Source of the DNA: an uncultured virus (IMG/VR IMGVR_UViG_3300028840_007457)
Lineage: Duplodnaviria; Heunggongvirae; Uroviricota; Caudoviricetes
Length of the DNA: 64,000 nt
Direction: 5' to 3' (one strand)
Virus record (IMG/VR): IMGVR_UViG_3300028840_007457
In this document: positions 49,807-61,303 of the stretch, piece by piece
How the letters are laid out: each line of letters opens with the position of its first letter
How positions within the stretch are numbered: position 1 is the first letter of the stretch
Notes under the pieces: generated by a model
What the model saw: only the letters and a program-made list of their open reading frames with translations
Databases searched by the model: none
What the model was told of the DNA's origin: nothing
Translations under genes and position numbers: made by a program

Positions 49807-50233
49807 GGTTCACTCCTCCTTATGAGTGGGTTGGTGGGGCAGTTGCACCCCGGTTGATTAAAATGGCGAATTTTTATAAGTCGCCGTTTATCAAACTTCC
49901 ACCCACGGAAAAGCACCTAAGGTTCTGAATTTTCCTTTCTCGTTCAAAAGTTTAGGATTTACAGATTGTCGGGATCAAACCGATAAAGAGTAGCTCCTAT
50001 TTAGCAACCAACCTGTACCCTCTCAGAAGAATTATTGGTGCGAGAGGACCACCGTAAATATTTAAATCGGTCACATGATTTACCTATTTTCGAGTGTGAC
50101 AACATTTACCGTTGGACTTGTCACAAATCCCAAATTTAAATACCGATCTGCAAAAAATACTGGGTTAGAGTTTTAAACAATCAAAAACTAAATTCTCCTT
50201 TCTTTTGTAATACCTACTATTCCTATCAGAATT

Positions 50234-50608
50234 TGGAGATGCTGGGATTCGAACCCAGGTGTTGAGTATAGTCCCTTATGACATCTACGATTATAGCTGC
50301 TACGATTAATTCCATCCCAACATTCTCTTGAGCAGCAAAGTCGGTTGGGTCTTGTACGGAGTGCTTATTTCGTGCTCTCCTTCCTACCGCAAGGGGAGAG
50401 GCCACTAGTCTGATTTAATGATGCGCAATTCTAAACACCTCAGACGGGGTTTTTAGGTGCACAATGGCCAAAATTAAGCCGCGTTAGCGACAGCCATGGG
50501 AACGTCGTTATCGTTCGCTTTTCTTGTTTCCTGAGTTTTTAACGAGGTCCCAGAAATCCCCGAATCGCAGTCCTAACTTTCTACCCCAATCGAAACCAAT
50601 TCATCCCC
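50234..50608 (-). ncRNA. ssrA: tmRNA, tag (A)ANDNDVPMAVANAA
   Basis: GGGGATG/CATCTCC acceptor with G3-U; TTCGA; T arm; tag ORF at 50474-50518. Confidence 0.95.
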
Positions 50609-50868
50609 GAAAAATGAAACAGTTTGTAAGACGTTCAAAGTGTGCAAACTGTTTCATCTTAAAGTGAAGTAAACACTACTTGTCGTCTTTTTCCACTTCA
50701 AGACGGTATCCAATAAACGTTATGGGTGCACACACTCTCTACCCAAACTTGTTTGAGGAGCACCTAGTTTTTCAGATACCTAACGGCTATTCTGTCAACT
50801 TGACGACAATACAGAGGTTACCAAACCTCACAAGCCGACTGAACAATTACGGGAAGCCGCTAGCCCCG

Positions 50869-50967
50869 AAAGGTAAACATCGATTACAGTTCAGTTGTCA
50901 AGGAACGATTTTGCCAACTTTCATCAGCGTCTAAGTAGTTTGTAGCACCGTGTGCTAGAGTTGTCAA
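50869..50967 (-). promoter_or_regulatory. promoter TTGACA-17-TACAAA (50939-50967) plus boxA-like motif (50869-50907)
   Basis: Head of the RNA island. Confidence 0.6.
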
Positions 50968-51017
50968 TCTTTTTGTTCAGAAAAGTTTGCAACTCCTACT
51001 AAGAAGGTAAGTATCAA

Positions 51018-52561
51018 TTAATCTTTGGAGTCCAATACCAAGAACAAGCGAGGAGAGTCTCCTTCAGTAGAAATATACACACTAGCCATATCAGAAGCGC
51101 TTAGTTCTAACGGCAAAACATGGTGTGAGCTGGGTTCATCAATTAGAATAGCTTCACCTGCTAATTGAAGATGCTTAAGAGCCAGTTTTACCAATTCTTT
51201 AGCTACGGTTATATTCCAATTTGCGTCTCCAATAATACTCCATTCTACAGCATCTTTGTCATACTCAGGATAATCTAAAAAATCAGTTTCTTTGAGTATT
51301 TCTAAACTGGATTTTAAAGTCAGAAGACAATTACTGGTTTTTGTTTTAGTTTCTTTGTATTGCTCTCTTAATTCGTTTATCACTTCAGACATCTTTCACC
51401 TTAATTTCTCCCATTCCTCTGTTAGATCCACACGGTGGGGTACGTAATAAAACTGACCTGAAATTGCACTAACCACCGTAATAAAATGTGGGTCAAGAGT
51501 GTCAAAATCTAAGAATAATTGCTGTTCTTTATTCCAACAAAATCCTTTTTGTTTGCACAAAAGAACAGCTTCTTTTTCTGAAAAGACAACAGTTCTAATA
51601 TGTGGGTCTTTGTGAAGTCGCCCTTGTTGAAGAATATAAACAATTTTGGGTTGTGACATTTTCACCTCGCTTAAATAGCTTTAACAGGAACATAATTAAA
51701 TTTCGTAGTAGTAACGCTTGGATCTCCTTCCAAATCCAGACCTTGACTAGAATGTTCAAACCAAGCATTGGTATAAACCATTATTTTATTGTCAAAGTCG
51801 TGAACATGAAAATCTTTACCCACCCACCAGCAATTTATAACTTCTACAAGATGACCATCAATGTTCATCTCAAAGAGTTTAACAATTTCGAGATCACAAA
51901 TTTGAGCCGTACAAGAATAAGTAGGTTCACTCCTCTCATCCCACTGAAAATAACAAGTAGGATTTTCTTCGGGTCCATTTACTTCTACAAGGGTACCTCG
52001 TTTAGAGGGGTCTCTGAAAAACTGCACTCTAATTCCAGGCTCTAAGATCTCAATTGGAATGTCTTTTATTTTCATGAGTTTATTTTTCCTCGTCTCGTTT
52101 GTAGGTTTCGTAAAATAAATCTAAAGCTTATCTACTTTTCCTTATGGGGAGGATTTATTCAGTATTGTGCAAAACTGCGCATCATGCACAGCTCCACACA
52201 ATGTGCACACCCACCTAAGCCCACTCACACCATCTTGTTGAATTGGTATAGACCAGTCGCGACAAAAACACGGCACTTCCACGGCAAATGGTTTTTGAAC
52301 AACAATTAAATTATGTGCCCATGTAAAATGCATCGTTGGTTCTCCATACATGTAGAATTATTTATTTTGACATTTTTCCTCATCTCGTTTGTAGGTTTCG
52401 TAAAATAAATCTAAAGCTGATTCTTCTGAGCCAGCATCAACAGGATAAGTAAGACGGTGATTACAACCTGTACACCAAACTGTTATTTTATATTCTTTAT
52501 TTACAGCTCCTAAAGATTTCCCGCAAACAGGACATTTCCAACGTGGTCTTTTCTTAGCCAT
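51018..52561 (-). CDS. five hypothetical genes (51018-51392, 51396-51665, 51671-52075, 52142-52351, 52358-52561)
   Basis: Coupled minus-strand ORFs. Confidence 0.6.
52082..52418. repeat. 47-bp direct repeat (52082-52128, 52372-52418), one mismatch
   Basis: ATTTTTCCTC(G/A)TCTCGTTTGTAGGTTTCGTAAAATAAATCTAAAGCT. Confidence 0.9.
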
Positions 52562-52566
52562 TTATT

Positions 52567-53337
52567 TTATCCTTGCCAATAACAGTAAAGACAACCGTGC
52601 TTACAAGATTTTCGCCGGTCAAGCAATTCTGTTTTAACGGCCAAACAATTACAAGCTACTCTCTGTTTACCAACTGTTTTCTGATCCCACTCTAATTCTA
52701 GAGCAGATAAGTCGTCTTTACTTACACAACCAAGACAAGTGAATCCTGGTTCTCCGCAAATTTCGAGTAGAGCAGATGTGTACGGTTGAAGGTTTTTAAC
52801 CAGTCTTTTCCGGTACCAAAGAGGAGCGTGTATTTTTCCCAACTCGTAAACAGAAATAAGATCTTCTAAGTAATAGTTTATATCTTCTTTTCCTAACTGA
52901 TAAAATCTGCCTTTAATGTGATTATAGAGATCTAAGAAAGAAATACGTACTCTGCTGTAAACAGCTTCACTCAGCACTTTCTTAGCTTTTACAAAACCCT
53001 TTTCTGTTGGAAAAATAGGGTCCACTCGTAAAACAGTTTTTGCTGGTCCCAACCAAGAAACAAACTTCTTATGACCTTTGAGAGCATTTTTATAATCAGG
53101 AACGTGAGGCTCTAGGGGAGTACTGCCCCATCCAGTAATGGTACAGTGGACAATTAATTTGTCGGCTGGTACTTTATACTTCTTCAGCTTTTTGTAGAGT
53201 AGAAGTGGATCTTTAGTAATTGCGATAACACCATCAACAGAGTCCAGCTTAGCTATCCACTTTTTAAAATGGCGAGCTGCGTCTCCTCTTTCTGTAATTC
53301 CTATTTTCATATATGACGTTCTCCTCCTACCGTACAA
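52567..53337 (-). CDS. DUF1848-like (radical-SAM/SPL-related) protein
   Basis: HCTITG..LEP.VP, LRVDPI and C.HGCLYCY motifs. Confidence 0.75.
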   Translation of the reverse strand: MYGRRRTSYMKIGITERGDAARHFKKWIAKLDSVDGVIAITKDPLLLYKKLKKYKVPADKLIVHCTITGWGSTPLEPHVPDYKNALKGHKKFVSWLGPAKTVLRVDPIFPTEKGFVKAKKVLSEAVYSRVRISFLDLYNHIKGRFYQLGKEDINYYLEDLISVYELGKIHAPLWYRKRLVKNLQPYTSALLEICGEPGFTCLGCVSKDDLSALELEWDQKTVGKQRVACNCLAVKTELLDRRKSCKHGCLYCYWQG

Positions 53338-56048
53338 ACTCTCTTAAATAGCTTCTCTCTGTACTCTTCGAGATTGAAATTGTCCGGTCGGTTTTGCTGT
53401 AACCACGCTCCATAGAGTTGCTTCATACGTTCTAAATCCGGAGTTTCTGGTTCAATAGCTACATAGAGGGGTAGTAGCTCTTCTGCCTTCTCAAAAATGT
53501 GGATGGTCTGTTCTAGAGGAATCTTCTGAAGCTCATCCCAGCGATTCCAAGGCCACCAACCAGGAATATCTTCGCAACCAAAGCTATCCGCTGTATCGCT
53601 AGGTAGATTTATAATAAACCTCTTGAACTGTGGTGGGGCTATTCGATTCCATTCAAGCTCTCTAGTCTTGTAGTCTTTGATGAACATGTAACTAATCTCT
53701 GACCACCACTTACTAAATAAAGCGTTGGCTAAGTTAGTTACAAACTCTTGAGGGGTACCTTCGAAAGGAGGTTTAGCATTAAAGTGTTGATAGATTAAAG
53801 CTACCATACCTAGACTACCAGTTTCTACGTACCCAGTATTAAGTACAATGAGTCGAAACTTATCCATTTTAAAATTGCTTCTCCTTATTACTAAAACCTT
53901 TTTAGTTTCACCCTTCCACTCCGTAATAACCCCTCTTGAATTTCACCACAGAAGAGGAAGTATCTTTTTCATTATCTTGAAGCCATTTGGTTAACATGCT
54001 AGAGCTACAACGGTCGTAAAATTCCTTGGTTTCCAAGTAGGCTTTTAGATCTCTCGGGGTATACTGTGTTCCGGCATTAGATTGAAAAAGATTCAAAAGA
54101 ATTTCTTTCCAACTCTCTGTTGGATCTTCTACTTCTGCTGGAATGGTGTCAAAATTATAAACCTCTGGACTGAGTGTTTGCAGAGCTAGCTTAAGGCTTT
54201 TGGCAACTCTTTGTAATTTACCAATAGCATCTTCATGCTGAGCAATTTCTAGCTCTGCTTTTTCTAACTTTTTCTCCAAATCAGCGGCTATAGGGTCTAC
54301 AATTTTAAAGGTTTTCTTCCTGGATTTTTTGGCAATTTTTGTCTCGGTGGTTTCTTGGGTTTTGGTTTCGTCAGACATGGTAATTATTGGCTCCTTGTTG
54401 GAGGTTGTTGTTTCTACTTTACAAACTCGTAGACAGGTGGGTGAATGAGAGAAACTGGATCTGGTTTTGGATCATCAGCAAAGCGAAGTAGCTCAGCTTT
54501 GTGATTAGGAACTAGACCAGTCTGAAAATAATGTTCTAATTCCTGACCATTTATAAAAATCCAAGTCCCAGTTCCAAATGAAAAAGAACAGGGGCAATTT
54601 TTCCACAAGGTTCGACAGTCAACACACACTAGGTGCATTTTCCGATTGGAGCTGTACTTCTTTTTCTTTTTCTTCTTGCCCATGAGAACTAAATCCATCT
54701 CTTTCTAGAAGCTTTTTCACCACTCTCCAAGTATGCCAAAAGAAGGTTGACAAGCTTCTCGTCTTTCCGTGACGATCTACAAATTTGTAACAAGCTAAAT
54801 CTTCTTCGTCTGCTGGAACTAGCACTGATTTTTTATCAATAGCTTTTATTGACTCTACTTCAAGACGTTTAAGACGGTCGAGTTTTTCAACCGGCAATTT
54901 AAGGAGAGCAATTTCTATGCCAGCATCCATGATACTCCAAGCAATATCTCTATTAATAAGATCGCCTCTGTAGAGAGAAGTGCCATAGTTAAACAACTGG
55001 ACTTCAGACAAGAAAGCGCTTAGAGAAGAAACGGAAAGCGCGTTAATCCACAAGCCACAATTGTGACAAACAAAACGCGGTTTAAAATTATCTTCTACAT
55101 CGATCATTAGATCGTGTAGAAAATCAGTTGAGCAATCGTAAACAATTTTAGAGTCAGGCATCTTTCTTATCCCAGTTTTGAAGCTCCCTTTCCAAGCTAC
55201 CTAGCATGGCAGCAGAGCCACACTTAATCCAATGATCAGCCAAAGGATTCTTCCGGTAGTGATGAAAAGCATGTGAAGCGTAGACAGCAAGCTGTTCAGT
55301 AAGGAGGTTGAAAGCAGAGCTTTCGTTTCTCGCCACACAGTAAATCCCAAAATGTTTGAGACCAGCGAAGATCTTCAGCCCCAAACTAGGGGCCATTTTT
55401 CCAAGAGGCCAGTCACCAATTAAAATGTCTTGGTCCCGGAGAAATTCCTTTCGAGCCCAATTAGTGTTGAGGGTGTCTACATTAATTTGAACTACCTCTA
55501 GATTTTCTTTAGGAACAAAAATAGAAACAGGAAGGCGCAATCCTTCCATAATTCCAAAACAGTAGAAATTAGTTGGATCAACAGCGAAAAAGTGACACAA
55601 CTCACTGGTAACATCAATGGGTTCGTCAAGACGAGAATCTTTAAAAGAAAGTTGTTCGAAACCACTTTCCTGTGTTACGTCGGGAAGGTAGATTTTCCCA
55701 CCCATGAGGTTAAATTCGCTATGGCTTAGCAGCTCATTAATTGTTCCAATCATTTCCATGTTTTCACTCCTTCAGTGTTTTAAGCAGATTTTCAACTTCT
55801 GTTTTCATGGTATCCACTTTATCTTGTAAAGTAGTTTCAGCAAAACTGGGTAAATTGTCACCAAAAATAGACGTGTGAATACGCTCTAAAATTTCTGCTT
55901 CCAATTGCTTCACACGCTCTTGAACTTCCTCCAGTTTCCTACTCCACTCATCTCTTTTGTAGACATTTATGTAAACTCCTTCGTCTTGATCAACAAAGAG
56001 AGCATCTAACTCTTCAACAACAGATGCAATTGTTTCACTTGGTTTCAT
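53307..56048 (-). CDS. six hypothetical genes (53307-53867, 53908-54378 coiled coil + wHTH, 54414-54698, 54619-55161, 55154-55759, 55764-56048)
   Basis: Coupled ORFs with RBSs. Confidence 0.6.
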
Positions 56049-56049
56049 T

Positions 56050-56934
56050 TCACTCCTCTAAAGTTTCAAGGTAGCGTCGAATTTGTTCTTTATCACGTTC
56101 TTCAGCTTCTTTAATAGAAGCAACAGTATCCAAGTCCAGTAGCTCGTCAAGTTCCTCAGAAACAAGCTGCTGAAGAGTTTGCGGTGGAATGGCATCCACC
56201 TCCCAACTTTCGTAACCATACTTAGCAATAAATTCACCAGCTCTGGTATCTGTAAGCTTTGCTGGATTGGGAGGCAGATTGTACTCTTCAACCTGGTCTA
56301 TATTGAGAGCTACTTTTTTGACAACCACTGGGGTTCTAAAAACTTCCATCCTTTCCTGAATATCTCGAACCATATCCTCTCCACTAGGATCCAAATCTCC
56401 CAAATAAAGAATGGTGGTGTACTGAGAACCGTACCGTACCATGTTTTTCTGAATTCTGCAAGCAGTTTCGTACATGGCACTTTGGCTGCTGTAGCCTCTA
56501 TTTACCATAAGAACCACATGGTACTTGGACGCAATTGGTTCAAGTACACTACTAAGAGCATCTTTTTCACAGTGAAGCTCTACGTAATGGTATTGCCCGT
56601 CTAATCGAGGAAGACGATAAGCAGCCAAAGCGCTTTCAATAATACTAGAAATTGAGGACCACTCTGATTTTATTACAGCTTGACGAGTACGATCTTCGAT
56701 GGCATCCCAATCTACTAAACCAGCAAGACGAGCTTTAGAAATAACGGTACCAAGCTTTTTGTAGCTAGGAATAGTATTGGGAATAATATCTAAGCCAACT
56801 AGACGGTAATAAAGTTGTCTTAAACTTAAACGAATTCCCATAGCCAAGTACTCTTCAATAATCTTGTTACTATAAGCTATGAGGAACTTAGAGTCCTGAT
56901 GAAAACGAGCACTTTTGAATTTCTGTTTAGACAT
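56050..56934 (-). CDS. Topo VI-A/Spo11-like Toprim protein
   Basis: LRQLYYRL, CEKDAL, RGYSS, GDLDPSG and WEVDA motifs. Confidence 0.8.
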   Translation of the reverse strand: MSKQKFKSARFHQDSKFLIAYSNKIIEEYLAMGIRLSLRQLYYRLVGLDIIPNTIPSYKKLGTVISKARLAGLVDWDAIEDRTRQAVIKSEWSSISSIIESALAAYRLPRLDGQYHYVELHCEKDALSSVLEPIASKYHVVLMVNRGYSSQSAMYETACRIQKNMVRYGSQYTTILYLGDLDPSGEDMVRDIQERMEVFRTPVVVKKVALNIDQVEEYNLPPNPAKLTDTRAGEFIAKYGYESWEVDAIPPQTLQQLVSEELDELLDLDTVASIKEAEERDKEQIRRYLETLEE

Positions 56935-59727
56935 GGTGATGATTTAAACCGGCAAAGATTTTCTTACGAAAATAAAACTCTTGAACGGGTGAAAGAGAAG
57001 CGTTTTTAGTAACCTCTTTGACCACAGCTTCTGCTTGTTCTTCAGTTTCGACTTTCTTTAAACCAAAAGTGAAATGACCTTTAGACACATGTCCAGGATT
57101 GTGGTCAAACTCTACATCTACCAGACTTTTACACTGTCCGAACAAACCCTCTTTTCCGTACCAGCAACAGACAGTGGCCATGCACAAGGTTTCACTGATG
57201 GGTGTTTCTCTATCGTCTTTGTAAAGACGAGAATCAAAAACAACCACTCTAGTTCCCGGAAAATAAGTTTGCATAGTAACTACTCCTCTTTTTTTAATTT
57301 TAAAAATAATTCTTTTTCAGACCACTCAATATGGTAGGCAATACCACAATTTGGATTGGTACAGAGCCAACTCCACCCAAACATGGTCGTAGGATGAGGT
57401 TTCATTTCACATCCACAACGATTGCAAGGCGGTCCTTTAAGATTTTTCTCTTTCATTTTCTTTTAATTTCTAGTGGTGTAATTCCCGCCCAGTGCGGGTG
57501 CCACTCAATAGCCTTGGCAGCCTCTTCTGAATTAAAAACACAGCCCAACACAGGCAAATTATCTTTATCCACGATCTGGTAGACGAATTCTTTTTCAAAT
57601 TCAGGTTTATTTAAAGCTGCGAGAGTATGATAACAACACATAGAACATTTTGTATTATTACCCAATTTGCAATGTCCACCCGCAGCATTAGGAATAAAAT
57701 GCCCACAGGAGAGGCAATTCCCGGTGTCTACCTTAGGTTTCTTAGAAGCTTTTAGCTCGTCAATTTGTTCTTGCAGCTTCACAACTTCTTTTGTAGAGAT
57801 GGTATCCCCTGTAGATCGCACCCGTGATTCTACAACGGTGTATCTGTCCAATTTTTCCAGTTCCCCGTGAGCCCAAGAAACCCAATCCAGAAGCCACGAC
57901 AAACTGGCCAAGGACGCCATAGTTGCCTTTTCAACTTCGGTTTCACCTTTTAAATAAGTACCATCGGCTTCAATAGCACCCTTGGCTCGTTTGATAGCTT
58001 CAAGAGGAGGAGTTTTAGCAAAATTGACTTTGCCTTGCGTTTTGTCCCACCCACACCGAAGACAGGTTTCAGTTACTCCTTCTCGTCTACAGTTGGGGCA
58101 ACAATCCTGTTTAGGCGGATTTCTGTCAATCCACTCTTGAGCAGAAAAAAGACGCATTCCGTAGCATTTTGAATGTGTAAAACTACTTTCTCCACAACGA
58201 TCTGGAAGTTGCTCACACTCCATGCAGATAGTATTTTCTGCTATTCTGTAAGTGTCCTTTGAGGAGGCAATCTCTTGAGCCAGATTTGATTTATCATGTA
58301 GCTCACTTGTAAGAGCCGTAACCACTTCTCCCATCGTCTCAAGAGCTGCATCTTTTTCTGCTATTATAGTTCGAAGATGCTCCAACTCAAAACCGAGATT
58401 CTGAACAGAGTCAGTTACGATTTTGAGACGAGAGTGCCAATCTCGCAGACAATTCTGAAGACTTTGGATGATTTTCCCAAGCTTCAAACTCAGCAATAAT
58501 TTCGTCGTCCAAGGTGTTAAGTTTTTCAATGAGGGTAGACATGCTACTTTTACTCCTTGTCATCCAAAATCTTCGAAAATCGATCAAGGCCACTCAAACC
58601 CTGATGCAACTTGGCCAACTTCCAAAATCGCTCTCTGTTTTCCAGAGGCGAGAGGAAGTCGTACAGCTCTTGCCAAAACGGAAGAACAAGCCCCATTACC
58701 ATGACTTCTTTACCACTGTCCAAATGAACTACAGGTATGGCGCTTCCACTCAGCATATGTTGCATGACCTGAAACCCAATGAGGGTACCAAGATTGATGG
58801 GGTCTCCCTCATTGTTTGAGAGGGTCATTACCCTGTAATCAACTTCTTCGAAAACATCCAAGTTGGCGCGTAGACGATCTCGCTCTGAAATATTTTCAAG
58901 AGGTAGAAATCCTGATTCGTAAGTAGACATGAGAGGTTTAACCTTTCTTTTTAAATTTTCTTTCGGCACATGAGGGGCAAATGATTACAGGATAAAAACT
59001 AAAACGGTTTGACCGTACTTTACATTCTTTGCAAAGGGGCTTACTACAGGTTTCAATATCACAAGTGTCAACTTCTCCGTCCAACTGACCGGTAGATTTT
59101 CCGCACTGGCCACAGAGAACATTGTGCAGATCTAAAATATCCCTAATCTTTTTGATCAGAAGCTTTTCCTCAGCACAACCGAATTTATCGGTTTTATCTA
59201 GAAGAGAGCGAAGCTGATCAAACTGTTTTTGGGTCATTCTGAACATTTCAGCTCTTTCACTTCTTCCTGAAGTCTCTCAATCTCCCACAAACACTCTTGT
59301 GCGAGAATGGACAAATCAAAAGCATTGAGTTTGTAAATAGAAAAAGCATTTACCTTTTCAAGCCTCTTCAGTTTTTTCTTCACATTTTCTACGTTGGAGG
59401 GGGTATTTAAAAGTTTTGGCATTTTGAAAGTTCCTCGTTACTTGAAAGTTCCTCGTTACAAATAGGACAACAGGTTTGTTCTATGGAAACTCTACGCCAG
59501 TCATCGCAATTACTACAGAAATGGTCAGTCATGCAGTTTGGACAATTTTCGTAAGCGTAGTGGTCATACCACATTTCACAGTTGTCACAATAAGAGTAAG
59601 TATCTTTGGCTCTCAAAAAACCATAAGTTGCAGCACACCGTTGAGTACAAAAAGTAGGTTGTTCTTCAGGCCAGGTAGCTTTCCTGTCTTCACAACAAAT
59701 GCAAATTGGTTTCTTTTCTTGTAGCAT
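56927..59727 (-). CDS. six hypothetical genes (56927-57274, 57453-58529, 58550-58969, 58938-59246, 59234-59422, 59407-59727), several Cys-rich
   Basis: Coupled ORFs after the promoter at 59751-59780. Confidence 0.55.
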
Positions 59728-59776
59728 TTAATACTAACTCTCCACACATAGTATTATGACGTAATAATGATGGTTG

Positions 59777-60502
59777 TCAAGATTTTTTTGGGCCTGACCA
59801 AAAAAGGAACACTTCTTTCCTGTGCTGTTCCAGTCTTTCTTTTGTAACTTCAATAGCTTCCGAGCACAAATCACAACCTTTAAAATGTCGAAAGTTTTTC
59901 AAAGCTGCTAGACCTACACTACCACTGCCCATAAATGGATCTATTACCAGTTCTCCTTGTTCTGAACTCTGAAGAATTAAAATTTCGTTCACAGGTACAG
60001 GTTTTTCTGTAGGATAACCGTTCTTTATCATCTTTTCACGGATTATATTGGGTAAGCTTAAATCTGTCAACTTTCTCTTACCTTTGGAGAAAAACAAAAT
60101 ATTTTCAGTTTGGTAGCGCCAACTGTAGCCCATGCCTAGAAGAACTTTATCCCATACAACCTTATTTCTAAAATCAAATCCAGCTTTTACAGCTCTAGGT
60201 TTAACATAAAACATTGTCTCATTGTCGCAAAAAAGATACAGGTGTCTGTGGTTTTTAAGCACCCGAAAACACTCTCTAAAAAGACTTTTAAATCTCTTGT
60301 TTGGAAAGATTTTAAACCAGTCATTACTACTGGCTTTACTGTTCTTGAGTCTTGTAGTGGTCCCCACTTTCCTGTGTTTTTCAAGGCTTTCATAGGGTGG
60401 ATCTGTAATTATGAGGTCAACACTCTCAGAGGTAAGAGATCGAAGCCACTCAACAGCATCCCCCTGAAACAACTGGTAATTCTTTTTTCTTTTTTTGCCC
60501 AT
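59777..60502 (-). CDS. DNA N4/N6 methyltransferase (beta class)
   Basis: DPPY, PTEKP and DPFMGSGS motifs. Confidence 0.9.
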   Translation of the reverse strand: MGKKRKKNYQLFQGDAVEWLRSLTSESVDLIITDPPYESLEKHRKVGTTTRLKNSKASSNDWFKIFPNKRFKSLFRECFRVLKNHRHLYLFCDNETMFYVKPRAVKAGFDFRNKVVWDKVLLGMGYSWRYQTENILFFSKGKRKLTDLSLPNIIREKMIKNGYPTEKPVPVNEILILQSSEQGELVIDPFMGSGSVGLAALKNFRHFKGCDLCSEAIEVTKERLEQHRKEVFLFWSGPKKS

Positions 60503-60514
60503 AGTAAGCTTGTT

Positions 60515-61030
60515 TTACAAAGAGGAGGCAGGAGCTGGAACGGTAACCACATTTTCCTTTTTAATTGAAAAAGAAAAATTAGATTGCTTTTTCAGTAACT
60601 TACCAAGTTCCTTAAGTTGCCATTTTTCTTCTTCATGCACCATTTGAATTACACGGTGCGTCTCTTTTTCGTTTTTTAGAGCAATGGACCAGGCAGCTTG
60701 TTGTGCTACCAAAAAAATATTACCTAACAAGTCGGACGAACGGAACCACTTCAACACCCAACTAACAGCTTTTTCAGTGTCGTTATACTTAACACTGTTG
60801 AGGACAATTTTAACTACCATTTTGGTTAAAAAAGCATCTAGATTTTCTTGTCCTAAGACTTCGACACGTAGAAGAGCTTGTAGGCGATCTTTTGGGGTAA
60901 TCCCATAAGCTCTAGAAAAACTAAGTGGGGTCCAGCCCTGTGAACTTCGCGGATTTTTCCTAATATTTTTAAGGCTGTAGCTAGAAAGTCCCTATTTTTC
61001 CAGATTTTCCAAAGTAATTAGATTTGACAC
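60515..61030 (-). pseudogene. probably disrupted gene; the 60515-60820 ORF is its 3' part
   Basis: AGGAG RBS and GTG at ~61030, early TAG and a frameshift; the 60515 frame stays open to ~60960. Confidence 0.4.
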
Positions 61031-61147
61031 AGACTTCTCCTAAGTGAGGTTAGTTAAAGATCACACTAGCACAGAGTGACAATCTGTGTCAACCCCTAAA
61101 ATTTGATGCGGAAAAGTTAGCTATCTAACCGTTTTTAATAAGAATAC

Positions 61148-61303
61148 TTAGACCAATTCCCAAAAATGCTTATCTACTATTTCAGCGTATTCCGCTGGAA
61201 GATCTTGCATACGACTTAACAGTTTCTCAGCAAAATTTCGTACTACAAGTTCTAGCTCAGCAGCAGCTTCCTCTTCAATTTTAGATTCTTCAGAATCAGT
61301 CAT
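61148..61303 (-). CDS. 51-aa acidic hypothetical protein
   Basis: MTDSEESK..IVDKHFWELV; coupled to the upstream stop. Confidence 0.5.
   Translation of the reverse strand: MTDSEESKIEEEAAAELELVVRNFAEKLLSRMQDLPAEYAEIVDKHFWELV

Noticed and set aside
50037..50053. CGAGAGGACC (sarcin-ricin loop core) on the plus strand
   Set aside because: Opposite to the transcribed strand, lacks AGUA, and is explained by local pairing with TGAGAGG at about 50020; could be chance
45840..50934. Short ORFs over the RNA island (45840-46157, 47061-47282, 48237-48506, 49252-49546, 50680-50934)
   Set aside because: Overlap RNA structures or lack an RBS and coding-like composition
60515..61030. TAG recoding (alternative genetic code)
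   Set aside because: Many genes end cleanly at TAG, long genes are intact in code 11, no CTA tRNA is seen, and this locus also needs a frameshift
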